Positions 44,231-52,759 of a stretch of DNA of 55,205 bases are shown here, one piece after another. This stretch comes from an uncultured Planctomycetales bacterium (lineage in GTDB: Bacteria; Omnitrophota; Gorgyraeia; Aquiviventales; Aquiviventaceae), in NCBI GenBank assembly GCA_964373835.1, contig CAYJWN010000003.1, forward strand, positions 1 through 55,205, written 5' to 3'. The position numbers and the translations under genes were made by a program. Numbering within the stretch: position 1 is the first letter of the stretch; each line of letters starts with the position of its first letter. The notes under the pieces were generated by a model. It made no database searches. It was given only the letters and a program-made list of their open reading frames with translations, and was not told the origin of the DNA.

Positions 44231-45868
44231 ATGGATCACCAGACGCCACGCCGAGTGGGGGGGATTCCCCTCCAGCATGACCACGGCGCGGCCTTGTTGT
44301 TGGCGGTGTACCTCGTCTCGCTGACCCTCCTCCTCTTAGGCGGCGTCTCGCTTCAGCGCACCACCACCGAAGTCCGCTCCGCCGAAGTCTCCCGCGATCT
44401 GCACCAGGCGTTCTGGCTGGCAGAGGGCGCGCTGGATAGCTATACCGCCAACACCAAGCGGGGCACGGCGGACGACCTCAAAGGTAACATCATGTCCACC
44501 CCCCTGGGGACCTGGGAGGTGAACGAGGTGGTCCCGCGACCAGATCAGCCATTTTACTCCGAGATCTTCGACAAGAACGACGGGCAGGTCATCACCTCCG
44601 GCAAACAGCGCGCGCTGAACCTGTACCAGCGCTCGACGAAACAGGTCGTTGGAGAGGGGATCGCGGAGGGCCGCACGCAGCGGGTGAGCGCCTCCGTCGT
44701 CGAAGAGGCGCCGCTGCGTGGCATCTGGGCCAACGGGACGATCGCGGTGGGCGGCGGGCGCGGGATCAACCCCGGGCAGATGTTCCTCTCCGGCGATCTC
44801 CACTCCCAGCTCGGCACGGTGGTCTCGACGATCGAATCGGCCACGCCGTTCGACAAGCTGATGTTCGACGGCCTCATTAAAGTGCCGCCGGAAAAGGCGG
44901 CAGCCCCGCTTGCAGAGAAGTTGGAGGACTGGGCCGGTAAAGCCAGCAACGAACTGAAGAGCATCAAGGAGGGGTACAAGCTCATCGAGGGGTTCCTGCA
45001 GGAGGACCTATCGGAGGTCGGCGGGAGCTACAGCGACGTCGATTTCATCTCCAGCGCGGCCACGTCGACGTCCGAGCACATCAAGGGCAGCCTCTCGGTC
45101 GGGCTGTCGGGGAAGCTGGCCTCCTTCAAGGGCTATACCCCAAGTTTGTGCGCGAATACCGTGTACCTCACGAGCTCCAAGGTGGTGGTGAAGGATAACT
45201 TTCAATGCAACAACGGCTCCAGCAATACCCCGGGGTTGAGCTGTGGCAGCGGAACGGTGTCCGATCTTGATCCAGCGATTGGCAGCATCTGGATGTGCGC
45301 CAATGCGGTCGTCCCCGCATCCCCCCGCATGTGGGTCGATACGATGATGGGCAGCGAGCCGGAGCTCGTCTTCCAGCAACCCACCACCCTGGTCCTCAGC
45401 GGCGGGGCACAGATCAACACGGTTGACCCGACGACGGGCAAGGGGACCCCGCTGGCGTCGCCCTTCTCGTTCCTCACGACGGATATCGTGGAAACGGCCT
45501 TTCACGTCCAAGCCAACTGGAATGTCAGTTTTGGGGCGAAGCTATCAGGGATGGACTACTTCGGCAAGCCCCTGCCGGTGAATCTGTACCAGCAGGAGAA
45601 TAGCGTCCTGCCGGGCGTGAAACCTGGCCTGGTGTTTCTCAAGCCCGGCGATCAATTCCAGGGCTCGGTCTATGCGCCCAACTCGTTGGTCCTGGTGCGG
45701 TCCAGGACCTGCGCGGCAGCGAACACCTGCTCCGGCCTCCTGCAGATGCCGTACATCGTGGGCAACGAAGTGGTGATCGAGTTGGAGTCCGATCAGCTGC
45801 AAATCGGCTCGCAGGAGCCCAAGCCAGAAGACGTCACCACGAGCCTCTTGAGCTGGTCCAATCAATAG
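44231..45868 (+). CDS. Large secreted protein with PilX-N-like (minor pilin-like) N-terminus
   Basis: HGAALLLAVYLVSLTLLLLGGVSLQRTTTEVRSAEVSRDLHQAFWLAEGAL matches the PilX N-terminal pattern. C-terminal FQGSVYAPNSLVLV motif resembles that of TadG/PilX-like proteins. The rest is unassigned. Confidence 0.55.
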   Translation: MDHQTPRRVGGIPLQHDHGAALLLAVYLVSLTLLLLGGVSLQRTTTEVRSAEVSRDLHQAFWLAEGALDSYTANTKRGTADDLKGNIMSTPLGTWEVNEVVPRPDQPFYSEIFDKNDGQVITSGKQRALNLYQRSTKQVVGEGIAEGRTQRVSASVVEEAPLRGIWANGTIAVGGGRGINPGQMFLSGDLHSQLGTVVSTIESATPFDKLMFDGLIKVPPEKAAAPLAEKLEDWAGKASNELKSIKEGYKLIEGFLQEDLSEVGGSYSDVDFISSAATSTSEHIKGSLSVGLSGKLASFKGYTPSLCANTVYLTSSKVVVKDNFQCNNGSSNTPGLSCGSGTVSDLDPAIGSIWMCANAVVPASPRMWVDTMMGSEPELVFQQPTTLVLSGGAQINTVDPTTGKGTPLASPFSFLTTDIVETAFHVQANWNVSFGAKLSGMDYFGKPLPVNLYQQENSVLPGVKPGLVFLKPGDQFQGSVYAPNSLVLVRSRTCAAANTCSGLLQMPYIVGNEVVIELESDQLQIGSQEPKPEDVTTSLLSWSNQ

Positions 45869-45901
45869 CCGCGCGCGCCCGTCGGCGCAGCCGCTGGGCT
45901 T

Positions 45902-46066
45902 CCCCCCGATCATCTTGACGACGACCCGTGTCCTGCGCCGGCCGTCAAGCGCTGCATAGCAGATCCGCTCCCACGGGCCGAGATCAAGCTTGCCGTTGGT
46001 GATCGGGAGCACGGCCTGGTGGCCGATGAGCGTGCGCTTCAGATGCGCGCTGCTTCGTGTGCTCAC
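45902..46066 (-). pseudogene. 5'-truncated remnant of a YjbQ/UPF0047 family gene
   Basis: SSAHLKRTLIGHQAVLPITNGKLDLGPWERICYAALDGRRRTRVVVKMIGG aligns with only the last ~50 aa of the ~138-aa family. There is no room for the N-terminal part before hairpin 46066-46106. Confidence 0.5.
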
Positions 46067-46106
46067 GGTACCAGGTACCGACCAAGGGCGTCGGTACCTG
46101 GTACCG
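46066..46106. repeat. GGTACCA/GGTACCG hairpin (same family as 18379-18423)
   Basis: cggtaccaggtaccgac, loop caagggc, gtcggtacctggtaccg. Perfect 17-bp stem 4 nt beyond the ispH stop, with no T-tract. Confidence 0.85.
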
Positions 46107-46109
46107 GTT

Positions 46110-47054
46110 TCATGGTACCGGTTTCAGGGTGAGCTCCGCAGGCAGGCCGAAGCTGACGTCTTCGCGGGTGAGCTCCCATTCCTCCACCTGGGTGGCGCCC
46201 AGGCGCTTGAGCGCTTCCACCACTTCTTGGACCAGATGCTCCGGCGCGGAGGCGCCGGAGGTGACCCCGACGCAGCGCACACCCTCAAACCAGGCCGGGT
46301 TAATCTCGCGGGCGTCGTTGATGAGGTAGGCGCGGCGTCCGGCGTCTTCCGCCACTTCGGTCAGGCGGATGGAGTTGGAGCTGTTCTTCGCGCCGATCAC
46401 GAGGATGGCCTCCGCTTCCTTGGCGATGGCCTTGACGGCGTTCTGCCGGTTCTGCGTGGCGTAGCAGATGTCGTCCTTGGACGGCGCAACGAGCTTCGGA
46501 AACCGCGCCTTCAGGACGTCGATGATGGCGCGGGTGTCGTCGACGCTGAGCGTGGTCTGCGTGATCACCGCGACCTTGTCGGGGTTGGGCACGCTGACCG
46601 TCTTGGCATCGTCGACGGTCTGGATGAGCCGGATCGCCTCCGGCGCCTCGCCCATAGTACCTTCGACCTCCTCATGGCTTTCATGCCCGATCAGCAGCAT
46701 GGTGTAGCCCTCGTGGGCGAACCGCTTGGCCTCCACATGGACCTTCGTGACGAGCGGGCACGTCGCATCGATGACGTTGAGCCGCCGGGCCTTGGCCGCC
46801 TGGTGGACAGCCGGCGACACCCCGTGGGCGCTGAAAATGGTGGTGGAGTCCGCGGGCACGCTCGTCAGTTCATCGACGAAGATCGCGCCCTTTTGCCGCA
46901 GCGCATTCACCACATGCGGGTTGTGCACGATCTCTTTGCGGACGTAGACCGGACCCGGGAACCGCTCAAGCGCTCGCTCGACCACCTCGATGGCCCGCTC
47001 GACGCCCGCGCAGAACCCCCTGGGTTTGGCCAAAATCACTTTGGTGATAGCCAT
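46110..47054 (-). CDS. ispH: 4-hydroxy-3-methylbut-2-enyl diphosphate reductase
   Basis: MAITKVILAKPRGFCAGVERAIEVVERALE, HNPHVV, conserved Cys triad context. Confidence 0.95.
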   Translation of the reverse strand: MAITKVILAKPRGFCAGVERAIEVVERALERFPGPVYVRKEIVHNPHVVNALRQKGAIFVDELTSVPADSTTIFSAHGVSPAVHQAAKARRLNVIDATCPLVTKVHVEAKRFAHEGYTMLLIGHESHEEVEGTMGEAPEAIRLIQTVDDAKTVSVPNPDKVAVITQTTLSVDDTRAIIDVLKARFPKLVAPSKDDICYATQNRQNAVKAIAKEAEAILVIGAKNSSNSIRLTEVAEDAGRRAYLINDAREINPAWFEGVRCVGVTSGASAPEHLVQEVVEALKRLGATQVEEWELTREDVSFGLPAELTLKPVP

Positions 47055-47072
47055 AGAGGCATTATACCAGTT

Positions 47073-47126
47073 CCGGTATCAGATACGGTCGAAACACCAT
47101 GGTTATTTGGCCGTATCTGATACCGG
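47073..47126. repeat. Perfect 16-bp hairpin GGTATCAGATACGG type
   Basis: ccggtatcagatacgg, 22-nt loop, ccgtatctgataccgg. Lies between the hydrolase stop and the ispH start. Confidence 0.8.
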
Positions 47127-47129
47127 TCG

Positions 47130-48113
47130 TCAGTTCGTCGGCGCGAGTCTTTCTCTAAAGAAACGCAGGCTGGCGTACTTGAGATACGGCAGCGAGCAGT
47201 AGGCGGTGTAATGGCCGAACGGCAGGAACACGATTTCGGGCCGGCCGAGCGCCCGCCAGAGCCGAAGCGAATTGGCTCTCCCAATCGTCCGATCGGCGAG
47301 GGCGATGAACATCAACAGGTTTCGGGGATCGACGTAGGGCGCCAGACGGATCGGATCGGTCTGCACGTGCTCGCGGAGCAGCCGTTCCATCGTCGCAAGA
47401 TCCATCTGATTGCGGGCTAAATACGTGGTCCGGGGTTTTGTGATGAGGCGGTCTGTTGACGTGATGAGGATGTCCGGGATGCTCCCGCCGGCAAGCGCCA
47501 CGACGTGCACCCGCAGGCGCGGCTCAACCGCCGCGGCCATCACGCTGGCGATGCCCCCCATGCTGACGCCGAAGCTTCCCATCCGCCGGGGATCCACGCG
47601 CTCATGGGAGGCCATCCAGTCGACCACCTGCCGAATTCGAATCACCCCCTGCCGCAAGAGCAGTTCCAGATGCGCCACCTCGTGGTCCGGCGAAATCTTC
47701 AGCGTCTTGCGGTGGATGAGTGCGACGTGAAACCCGCGGCGGGCCAGGTAGCGGCAGATGCCGCGTTCGAGCGGATAGTCACCCCCGAGAATCGCATTGA
47801 ACACGATGGCAGGACGGCGGCCCGGTGCCGTCGATTCAAACCACTCCACCTCGACGGTCGGTTCCGCCGGCTCAAACCCGGAGACGGACAGCGGAAACCG
47901 AACGAGATATTCCCGAAACGCTCCGCGGTCCGTCACCAGTTCCTGCGTGGCGGCCGGCGCGTGGACTGGATAGTCATAATACGCCGCGAGTTCAGGAGGC
48001 AGCGGGTGGGGCGTGGGCGCGGTCTTCCGCAGCGGCGCGTAGGCGCAGCCATCAGCACTAAGCACCAGGCCAGCACTAAGCACTAAGCAATAAGCACTTA
48101 GAGCTCCTATCAA
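47130..48113 (-). CDS. Alpha/beta hydrolase (dienelactone hydrolase / prolyl oligopeptidase-like), probably exported
   Basis: Nucleophile elbow GVSMGG, ...IALADRT..., FGHY. Start proposed at in-frame TTG 48113, giving MIGALSAYCLVLSAGLVLSADGC. The 569-aa ORF upstream of that is translated repeat. Confidence 0.65.
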   Translation of the reverse strand: MIGALSAYCLVLSAGLVLSADGCAYAPLRKTAPTPHPLPPELAAYYDYPVHAPAATQELVTDRGAFREYLVRFPLSVSGFEPAEPTVEVEWFESTAPGRRPAIVFNAILGGDYPLERGICRYLARRGFHVALIHRKTLKISPDHEVAHLELLLRQGVIRIRQVVDWMASHERVDPRRMGSFGVSMGGIASVMAAAVEPRLRVHVVALAGGSIPDILITSTDRLITKPRTTYLARNQMDLATMERLLREHVQTDPIRLAPYVDPRNLLMFIALADRTIGRANSLRLWRALGRPEIVFLPFGHYTAYCSLPYLKYASLRFFRERLAPTN

Positions 48114-48523
48114 AATACCCCGCGGCCGCGCTGGGCCGAGATGCCAGGCCCGCAAGGCGCGAGGAGCGTGGCGTACTCGAAGAGGAGTACGCGAGCGACG
48201 AGCAACGTGGCGGGCCGACGCAGATCGGCCCAGCCTGTTGTCGACCAATGGGTTGCGGCGGCCGGGCCCGCGGCCGGCGTTGCTCCTCCTCGGCGTAGTG
48301 CTGCGACTACGCCGTCGTCGTCGCGCCTCGGCCGCGAGGCCCGGGCGCGCGCAACGCGGCTCGCGCGGTATTTTGATAGGAGCTCTAAGTAAGAGCCACG
48401 AGGGGCCTCTTTGGGAGCCGAACAACCTGACCCGCCCTCCCTTCTTAGTGCTTAGTGCTGTGTGCTGAGTGCTTGATGGTGCTGTGTGCTGAGTGCTTGA
48501 TGGTGCTGTGTGCTTAGTGCTGA
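48051..48523. repeat. Composite ~470-bp palindrome: heptamer arms, 20-nt TIR pair and 247-bp GC-rich core
   Basis: cactaag-type heptamers (48051-48099) face ttagtgc-type repeats (48445-48523, including a 24-nt unit x2.9). agagctcctatcaaaatacc (48100-48119) pairs perfectly with ggtattttgataggagctct (48367-48386). The core halves are themselves imperfectly complementary. Confidence 0.8.
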
Positions 48524-49776
48524 CGGGCATTCGTTCCGTCGTGCAAAGGGCTGTCGACGGTGACCGCGGCCGGCCGGACGTAAATCGGGTTGGAGAAGAT
48601 CCATGGCTTGCCGTGGCGCGCGGCCTCCAGGCGATACACGCCCGGCGTCGTGACGGGAATCCGCCACACCTGCCCGATGGTGGTCTCGATCGGCCGCCCG
48701 TCTTTGAACAACGTGAGGTTGGCCGGGGCCGGCAGGTACGTGGTGAGCTGCAGCCCAGGCGCGAGCGCCACCTCATCCCCCATGACGCCGAGCACGCGCT
48801 CGCCGTCCTCCGCGGCGAAGGAGAAGTCTTTGGCATCACCGATGATGCTCATGGTGAAATAGGCGTGCCCGCGGCGCAGCGCCGAATAGATGCCCTGAGG
48901 AGTCAGCGTCTTCGACGGAATGAGCAGGTGGGTGCGGACGAGCTGGAACATGTCCCGATAGGGCGCGAACTTCAGTCCCATGAGATGAAACTCGTGCGCG
49001 TCGGTTGAGCCGATCCCGACCACCTGCCCATGCTGCCGGATCAGCTCATCCCATTTGGCCAGCGGGTCATACGGCCGGTCGAGGATGGAAAAATAAAACG
49101 GCTCGGCCGGCGCGGTGAGCGTCCAGAGCACCAGGCGCGCGCGGTTCTCATCGAGCGTATCATGGGCCACATTGTACGCTTCGATGCCGGTGAACCCGAT
49201 GACCGACCAGTTCTTCCACCGCCCATTCGCGAAGTAGGGGTGCGCGATGAAGCCCAGGCCTCCCTGCCGTGTGACCTCGTCGATGACCTGCTGGGTGGTG
49301 AGCTTATGGCGGTCGATCTCCTGCGTGACGTTCAGCGCCAGGTAATGGCCGTCCTTCGCGGAGACCTCCATACCGACCAGGACGAGGGTGCCGCCGTGCC
49401 AGCCCTGCCGGCCATCGCGCAGCGCCTGGAGGTTGTTGTGCTCGGTCACGATCACGTAGTCCAGACGCTGCGCGTTGGCGGTGCGCACGACGTCCTCAAA
49501 CGTCCCGTGGGCATCATGGGAGTACGTCGTGTGGACGTGGATCACGCCGGCATAGTCGGCGTAGCCGTCATCCAGCAGGTCGGTCGCTTTGGCGCCTCCC
49601 TGGGGCAGCGGTTTTCCGCGTGGCTGCGTGAGCACCGCGCAGCCCGTTGTGACGAGGCCAAGTAGGAAGCATAGCGTCAACCAACGGACAGAAGTCAGAA
49701 GACAGAAGTCAGAAATCAGAAAGTTCTGACCTCTGACCTCTGACCTCTGACCTCTGAATCTGGCGATGGACCTCAT
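48514..49776 (-). CDS. PHP-domain metallophosphoesterase-like protein, probable lipoprotein
   Basis: PHP motif VIHVHTTYSHDAHG...VIVTEHNN. Lipobox LVTTGC. ATG 49776 overlaps the pmbA stop (ATGA). Confidence 0.75.
   Translation of the reverse strand: MRSIARFRGQRSEVRGQNFLISDFCLLTSVRWLTLCFLLGLVTTGCAVLTQPRGKPLPQGGAKATDLLDDGYADYAGVIHVHTTYSHDAHGTFEDVVRTANAQRLDYVIVTEHNNLQALRDGRQGWHGGTLVLVGMEVSAKDGHYLALNVTQEIDRHKLTTQQVIDEVTRQGGLGFIAHPYFANGRWKNWSVIGFTGIEAYNVAHDTLDENRARLVLWTLTAPAEPFYFSILDRPYDPLAKWDELIRQHGQVVGIGSTDAHEFHLMGLKFAPYRDMFQLVRTHLLIPSKTLTPQGIYSALRRGHAYFTMSIIGDAKDFSFAAEDGERVLGVMGDEVALAPGLQLTTYLPAPANLTLFKDGRPIETTIGQVWRIPVTTPGVYRLEAARHGKPWIFSNPIYVRPAAVTVDSPLHDGTNARQH
49687..49757. repeat. Heptamer hairpin, TCAGAAG/TCAGAGG family, inside the PHP gene 5' codons
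   Basis: gacagaag tcagaag acagaag tcagaaa tcagaa, then ttctgac ctctgac x3 ctctga. On the - strand most mismatches become G-U pairs. Confidence 0.85.
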
Positions 49777-51176
49777 GCTTCGGAGCGCCCGGTAAACGTG
49801 AACGTCGCCAGATGCAGCGTCGGCATGACCGTGCAGCCGAGGTCCTGGCTGGGATCGGCCACGAGCCGGCGCTCCTTCGAGATCCCCACCACCCGGCTGA
49901 ACGCTTCAAGCACGCTCTGGGTAAACCGCATGGTGGTGAGGGGGCTTGTGAGGCGTCCGTCTTCAATCAGGAACGTCCCTTCGCGTGTCAGTCCGGTCAT
50001 CAGCGCCTCGCGTGGATTGAGCAGGCCGTTCACGTAGTGAAAGCGGGGAATCAGCAGGCCGCGCCGACAGCGGCGGATCATCTCGGCGGTTGTCTGTTTC
50101 CCCGGGCTCATGCCAAGATGCAGGGGAACGGGCCCCTCCGTGTCATCAGCCGGCATGGCATGCCCGGTCGAGGGATGGCCGAAGCGCGCCCCGTACGTGG
50201 AATCATAGACGATATTCGCAGCCGTGCCGCGGTCGATCAACACCACCCTCTGTTTGGGGGCGCCCTCAAAGTCAAATGGCATGCGCAGGGCGGAGGGATC
50301 GTTGCCGTCGTCGTAGATGGTGATCTGCCGGTCCATGACCTGCTCGCCCATCCGGCCGGCCATGAGGCTGGTGCGCTCCTCCACGCTCTTCGCGCCAAAC
50401 GCGGTAGACCCCAGCCAGCCGACCAGCTCGCCGACCGCTTCGGGCTCGAGGATGACCTCATAGGTGCCCAGCGGCAGGGTGACGGGCTGCTCTTGACGCA
50501 GCGCCTGGGTGAGCGAGCGCCTGAGCAGCTCCTCAAGGTCGAGCCGCTCCACATCCTGGTGCGTCCCGCTGGCGTAGCCGGAGAGCTTCCGGTACATGGT
50601 CACCAGCTTCGCGCCGGCCACCGTCGAGGCGGCGTAGGAGGCGACGCCGGCGGAGTTGACCACGGCAAACTCATCTTCGCCGGTGATCATGGAGCCCGCC
50701 AATGCCGCGCCGGCTCCCTGACAGAGCTGGAACAGCCGCTTGAGCGACGCCACGCACGCGGCCGGGCTTGAGCGGGCGGTGGCGGGAAGATAATCGTCGT
50801 GTCTCCGAATGCGATGCTTCGCCGGCAGCTCCGGCAGGTCGTTTTGCGGCGGGGAGTGCCGGGCGATTTCAAGCGCCGCGCCCAGGCAGCGCGCCAGACT
50901 CGTCGGATCCAAGGTGTCAACGCTGGCGACCCCGGCGCGCTCATCCTCAATGACCTTCACGGTGATGTTGACGCTCTCTTGGATAAGGTTCTGGTGGATG
51001 GCCTCGTAGGCGAAGCGAAAGACGCGCCGGGCTCTTGCGTGCGCGCAGGCGCTGACGCCGTCGGCCTTCGTCCGCTTGACCAGTTTGGAGAGCGCCGAGA
51101 GCAGCGTTGCTTCACCGACCCTCGCTTGTGGCGTCCCCCGCGCCCCGCGCCCCACGCCCCGCGCCCCGTGCTTCAT
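49773..51176 (-). CDS. pmbA: TldE/PmbA family metalloprotease subunit
   Basis: TldD/PmbA fold-length protein (467 aa) with ...GTFLIEDG... and C-terminal TFTGRS. ATG overlaps the tldD stop (ATGA). Confidence 0.75.
   Translation of the reverse strand: MKHGARGVGRGARGTPQARVGEATLLSALSKLVKRTKADGVSACAHARARRVFRFAYEAIHQNLIQESVNITVKVIEDERAGVASVDTLDPTSLARCLGAALEIARHSPPQNDLPELPAKHRIRRHDDYLPATARSSPAACVASLKRLFQLCQGAGAALAGSMITGEDEFAVVNSAGVASYAASTVAGAKLVTMYRKLSGYASGTHQDVERLDLEELLRRSLTQALRQEQPVTLPLGTYEVILEPEAVGELVGWLGSTAFGAKSVEERTSLMAGRMGEQVMDRQITIYDDGNDPSALRMPFDFEGAPKQRVVLIDRGTAANIVYDSTYGARFGHPSTGHAMPADDTEGPVPLHLGMSPGKQTTAEMIRRCRRGLLIPRFHYVNGLLNPREALMTGLTREGTFLIEDGRLTSPLTTMRFTQSVLEAFSRVVGISKERRLVADPSQDLGCTVMPTLHLATFTFTGRSEA
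51135..51169. repeat. Tandem heptamer GCCCCGC x5 (single arm) in pmbA 5' codons
   Basis: cccccgc gccccgc gccccac gccccgc gccccgt, read on the - strand as HGARGVGRGARG. Confidence 0.75.
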
Positions 51177-52636
51177 CGAGCGGCGGCGACGGTGACGCCG
51201 TCGAACTTGGCGTAGGAGCTGCCGTGGCCGACGTGCATCAGCTGCATCGGCTCGCCCTTAGCGCAGTTCGACACGCCCCACAGCTGCCAGTCTTCCCGGC
51301 GTCCCACGCCGGTGCAGCGGCCCCAGAACGCCGGCGTGATGCCGGTGTAGAGGGGGTTCTTGACGATCGCACCCCGCCGGCCGTGTTCAATCTCCCAGCC
51401 GATTTCAGTGGTGAACTGAAAGTTCAAGCGCCGGTCGTCGATGGACCAGCTCTTATTGGTCGACAGGAGGTAGCCGTGCTTGACATCGCGCATCAACTCC
51501 TCCAGCGTGCCCTCGCCCGGCTCAAGATTGACGTTGGTCATCCGAACAAGCGGCGGGACACTCCACCCCTCGGCCCGCATCGCCCCGCCGCTTGCGGGCA
51601 GATTGAGTCGAGCGGCTGATTCGCGTGAGCTCAGATAGCCGACGAACAGACCGTTGCGCACGAGGTCAACCCGCTGGGCCGGCACCCCCTCGTCGTCGAA
51701 TCCGAAACTGCCGACGCCGCCGGGCACGGTGGCATCCGCCACGATGTGCACGAGCCGCGATCCGTAGTGCGTGCGGTTGAGACAGTCGGGGGTCAGGAAG
51801 CTGCCGCCCGCGTAGCTCAGCTCCTGGCCGAGGGCACGGTCCAGCTCGACCGGATGCCCGCATGATTCGTGGAGCTGCATCACGACCTGCGTCGGATGCA
51901 GGATGATCGTGGTCTCTCCCGCCTTCGGGGGATCGGCCCGCAGCAAGAGCCGTACCTCCTCCTGGGCGGTTTTGGCGCCACCGACGAGATCTAGCTGCTT
52001 CACATACTCAAACCCTGCTTGGGCCAGCGCCCCATGGTGCGAGTTGGGGAAGCTCCGGTGCTGCACATCCCCGCCGTTTTGGGCGACGACTTCAAGACCG
52101 GCGCCGCTTTCAATCATATGTTGCTCGATCTGGGCGCCCTCGGTGGAACAGAACAGCTGATGGCGCTTGTGGAAGTCCATGTGGCTGGTCGCCCGCTTGA
52201 TGGCATCGGGTCCCATCAGTGCCGTGTTCGACCACAGGAGGTAGTCGAGCTTTTTTGACAACGGCACCTCGAACGGATCGATGGTGAACGGGGAGGTGTA
52301 GCGCGCCTTGACCGGCTTGACAGGCGCGAGCGGTCGTGGCTGCTTGTTGATCGCCGCGGAGGCCTTCGCCAGTCCGATCGCCTGGCTGACGGCACGCGTG
52401 AGGTGGGGCCGCGTCAGGTGCGGCGTTGACGCGAAACCCCATGAACCCTTGATGAGCACCCGGATGCCGATCCCCGCGCTTTCGGAGAGGCTGATGGAGG
52501 AGGCGCGGCCCTGCTCAGCGACGAGGCTTTCATGCAGCAGCCGCTCCACGCGGACATCGGCATAGTCGACCCCGCGGCGTTTGAGATCGCGGATGAGAGA
52601 CGCGGCAAGGTCGCGAGGGAGGGTCCGGTCAGCCAT
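51173..52636 (-). CDS. tldD: TldD family metalloprotease
   Basis: VDYADVRVERL...GIGIRVLIKGSWGFAST, HESCGHP (HExxxH-type site), ...GSSYAKFDG. Confidence 0.85.
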   Translation of the reverse strand: MADRTLPRDLAASLIRDLKRRGVDYADVRVERLLHESLVAEQGRASSISLSESAGIGIRVLIKGSWGFASTPHLTRPHLTRAVSQAIGLAKASAAINKQPRPLAPVKPVKARYTSPFTIDPFEVPLSKKLDYLLWSNTALMGPDAIKRATSHMDFHKRHQLFCSTEGAQIEQHMIESGAGLEVVAQNGGDVQHRSFPNSHHGALAQAGFEYVKQLDLVGGAKTAQEEVRLLLRADPPKAGETTIILHPTQVVMQLHESCGHPVELDRALGQELSYAGGSFLTPDCLNRTHYGSRLVHIVADATVPGGVGSFGFDDEGVPAQRVDLVRNGLFVGYLSSRESAARLNLPASGGAMRAEGWSVPPLVRMTNVNLEPGEGTLEELMRDVKHGYLLSTNKSWSIDDRRLNFQFTTEIGWEIEHGRRGAIVKNPLYTGITPAFWGRCTGVGRREDWQLWGVSNCAKGEPMQLMHVGHGSSYAKFDGVTVAAAR

Positions 52637-52759
52637 GGACGCTCACTTTACCACAATCGGAGTTCAGGCCACAAGCGCAGGCTTCAGGCGTTTGGGTGCA
52701 GCCTGCAGCCAGTGGAGAAGTTTGTGTCGCAGGCACACCTTAGTATAAAATGGCGCCTG

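Noticed and set aside
45990-47120. 376-aa ORF on the + strand
   Set aside because: It is antisense to ispH, whose identity is unambiguous.
47130-48839. Single 569-aa protein spanning the hydrolase and the composite palindrome
   Set aside because: The N-terminal ~240 aa are a low-complexity translation of the palindrome (STQHTAPSSTQHTAPS..., RRRRSRS...) and overlap the 3' end of the PHP gene. The hydrolase fold begins after a signal-like segment at TTG 48113.
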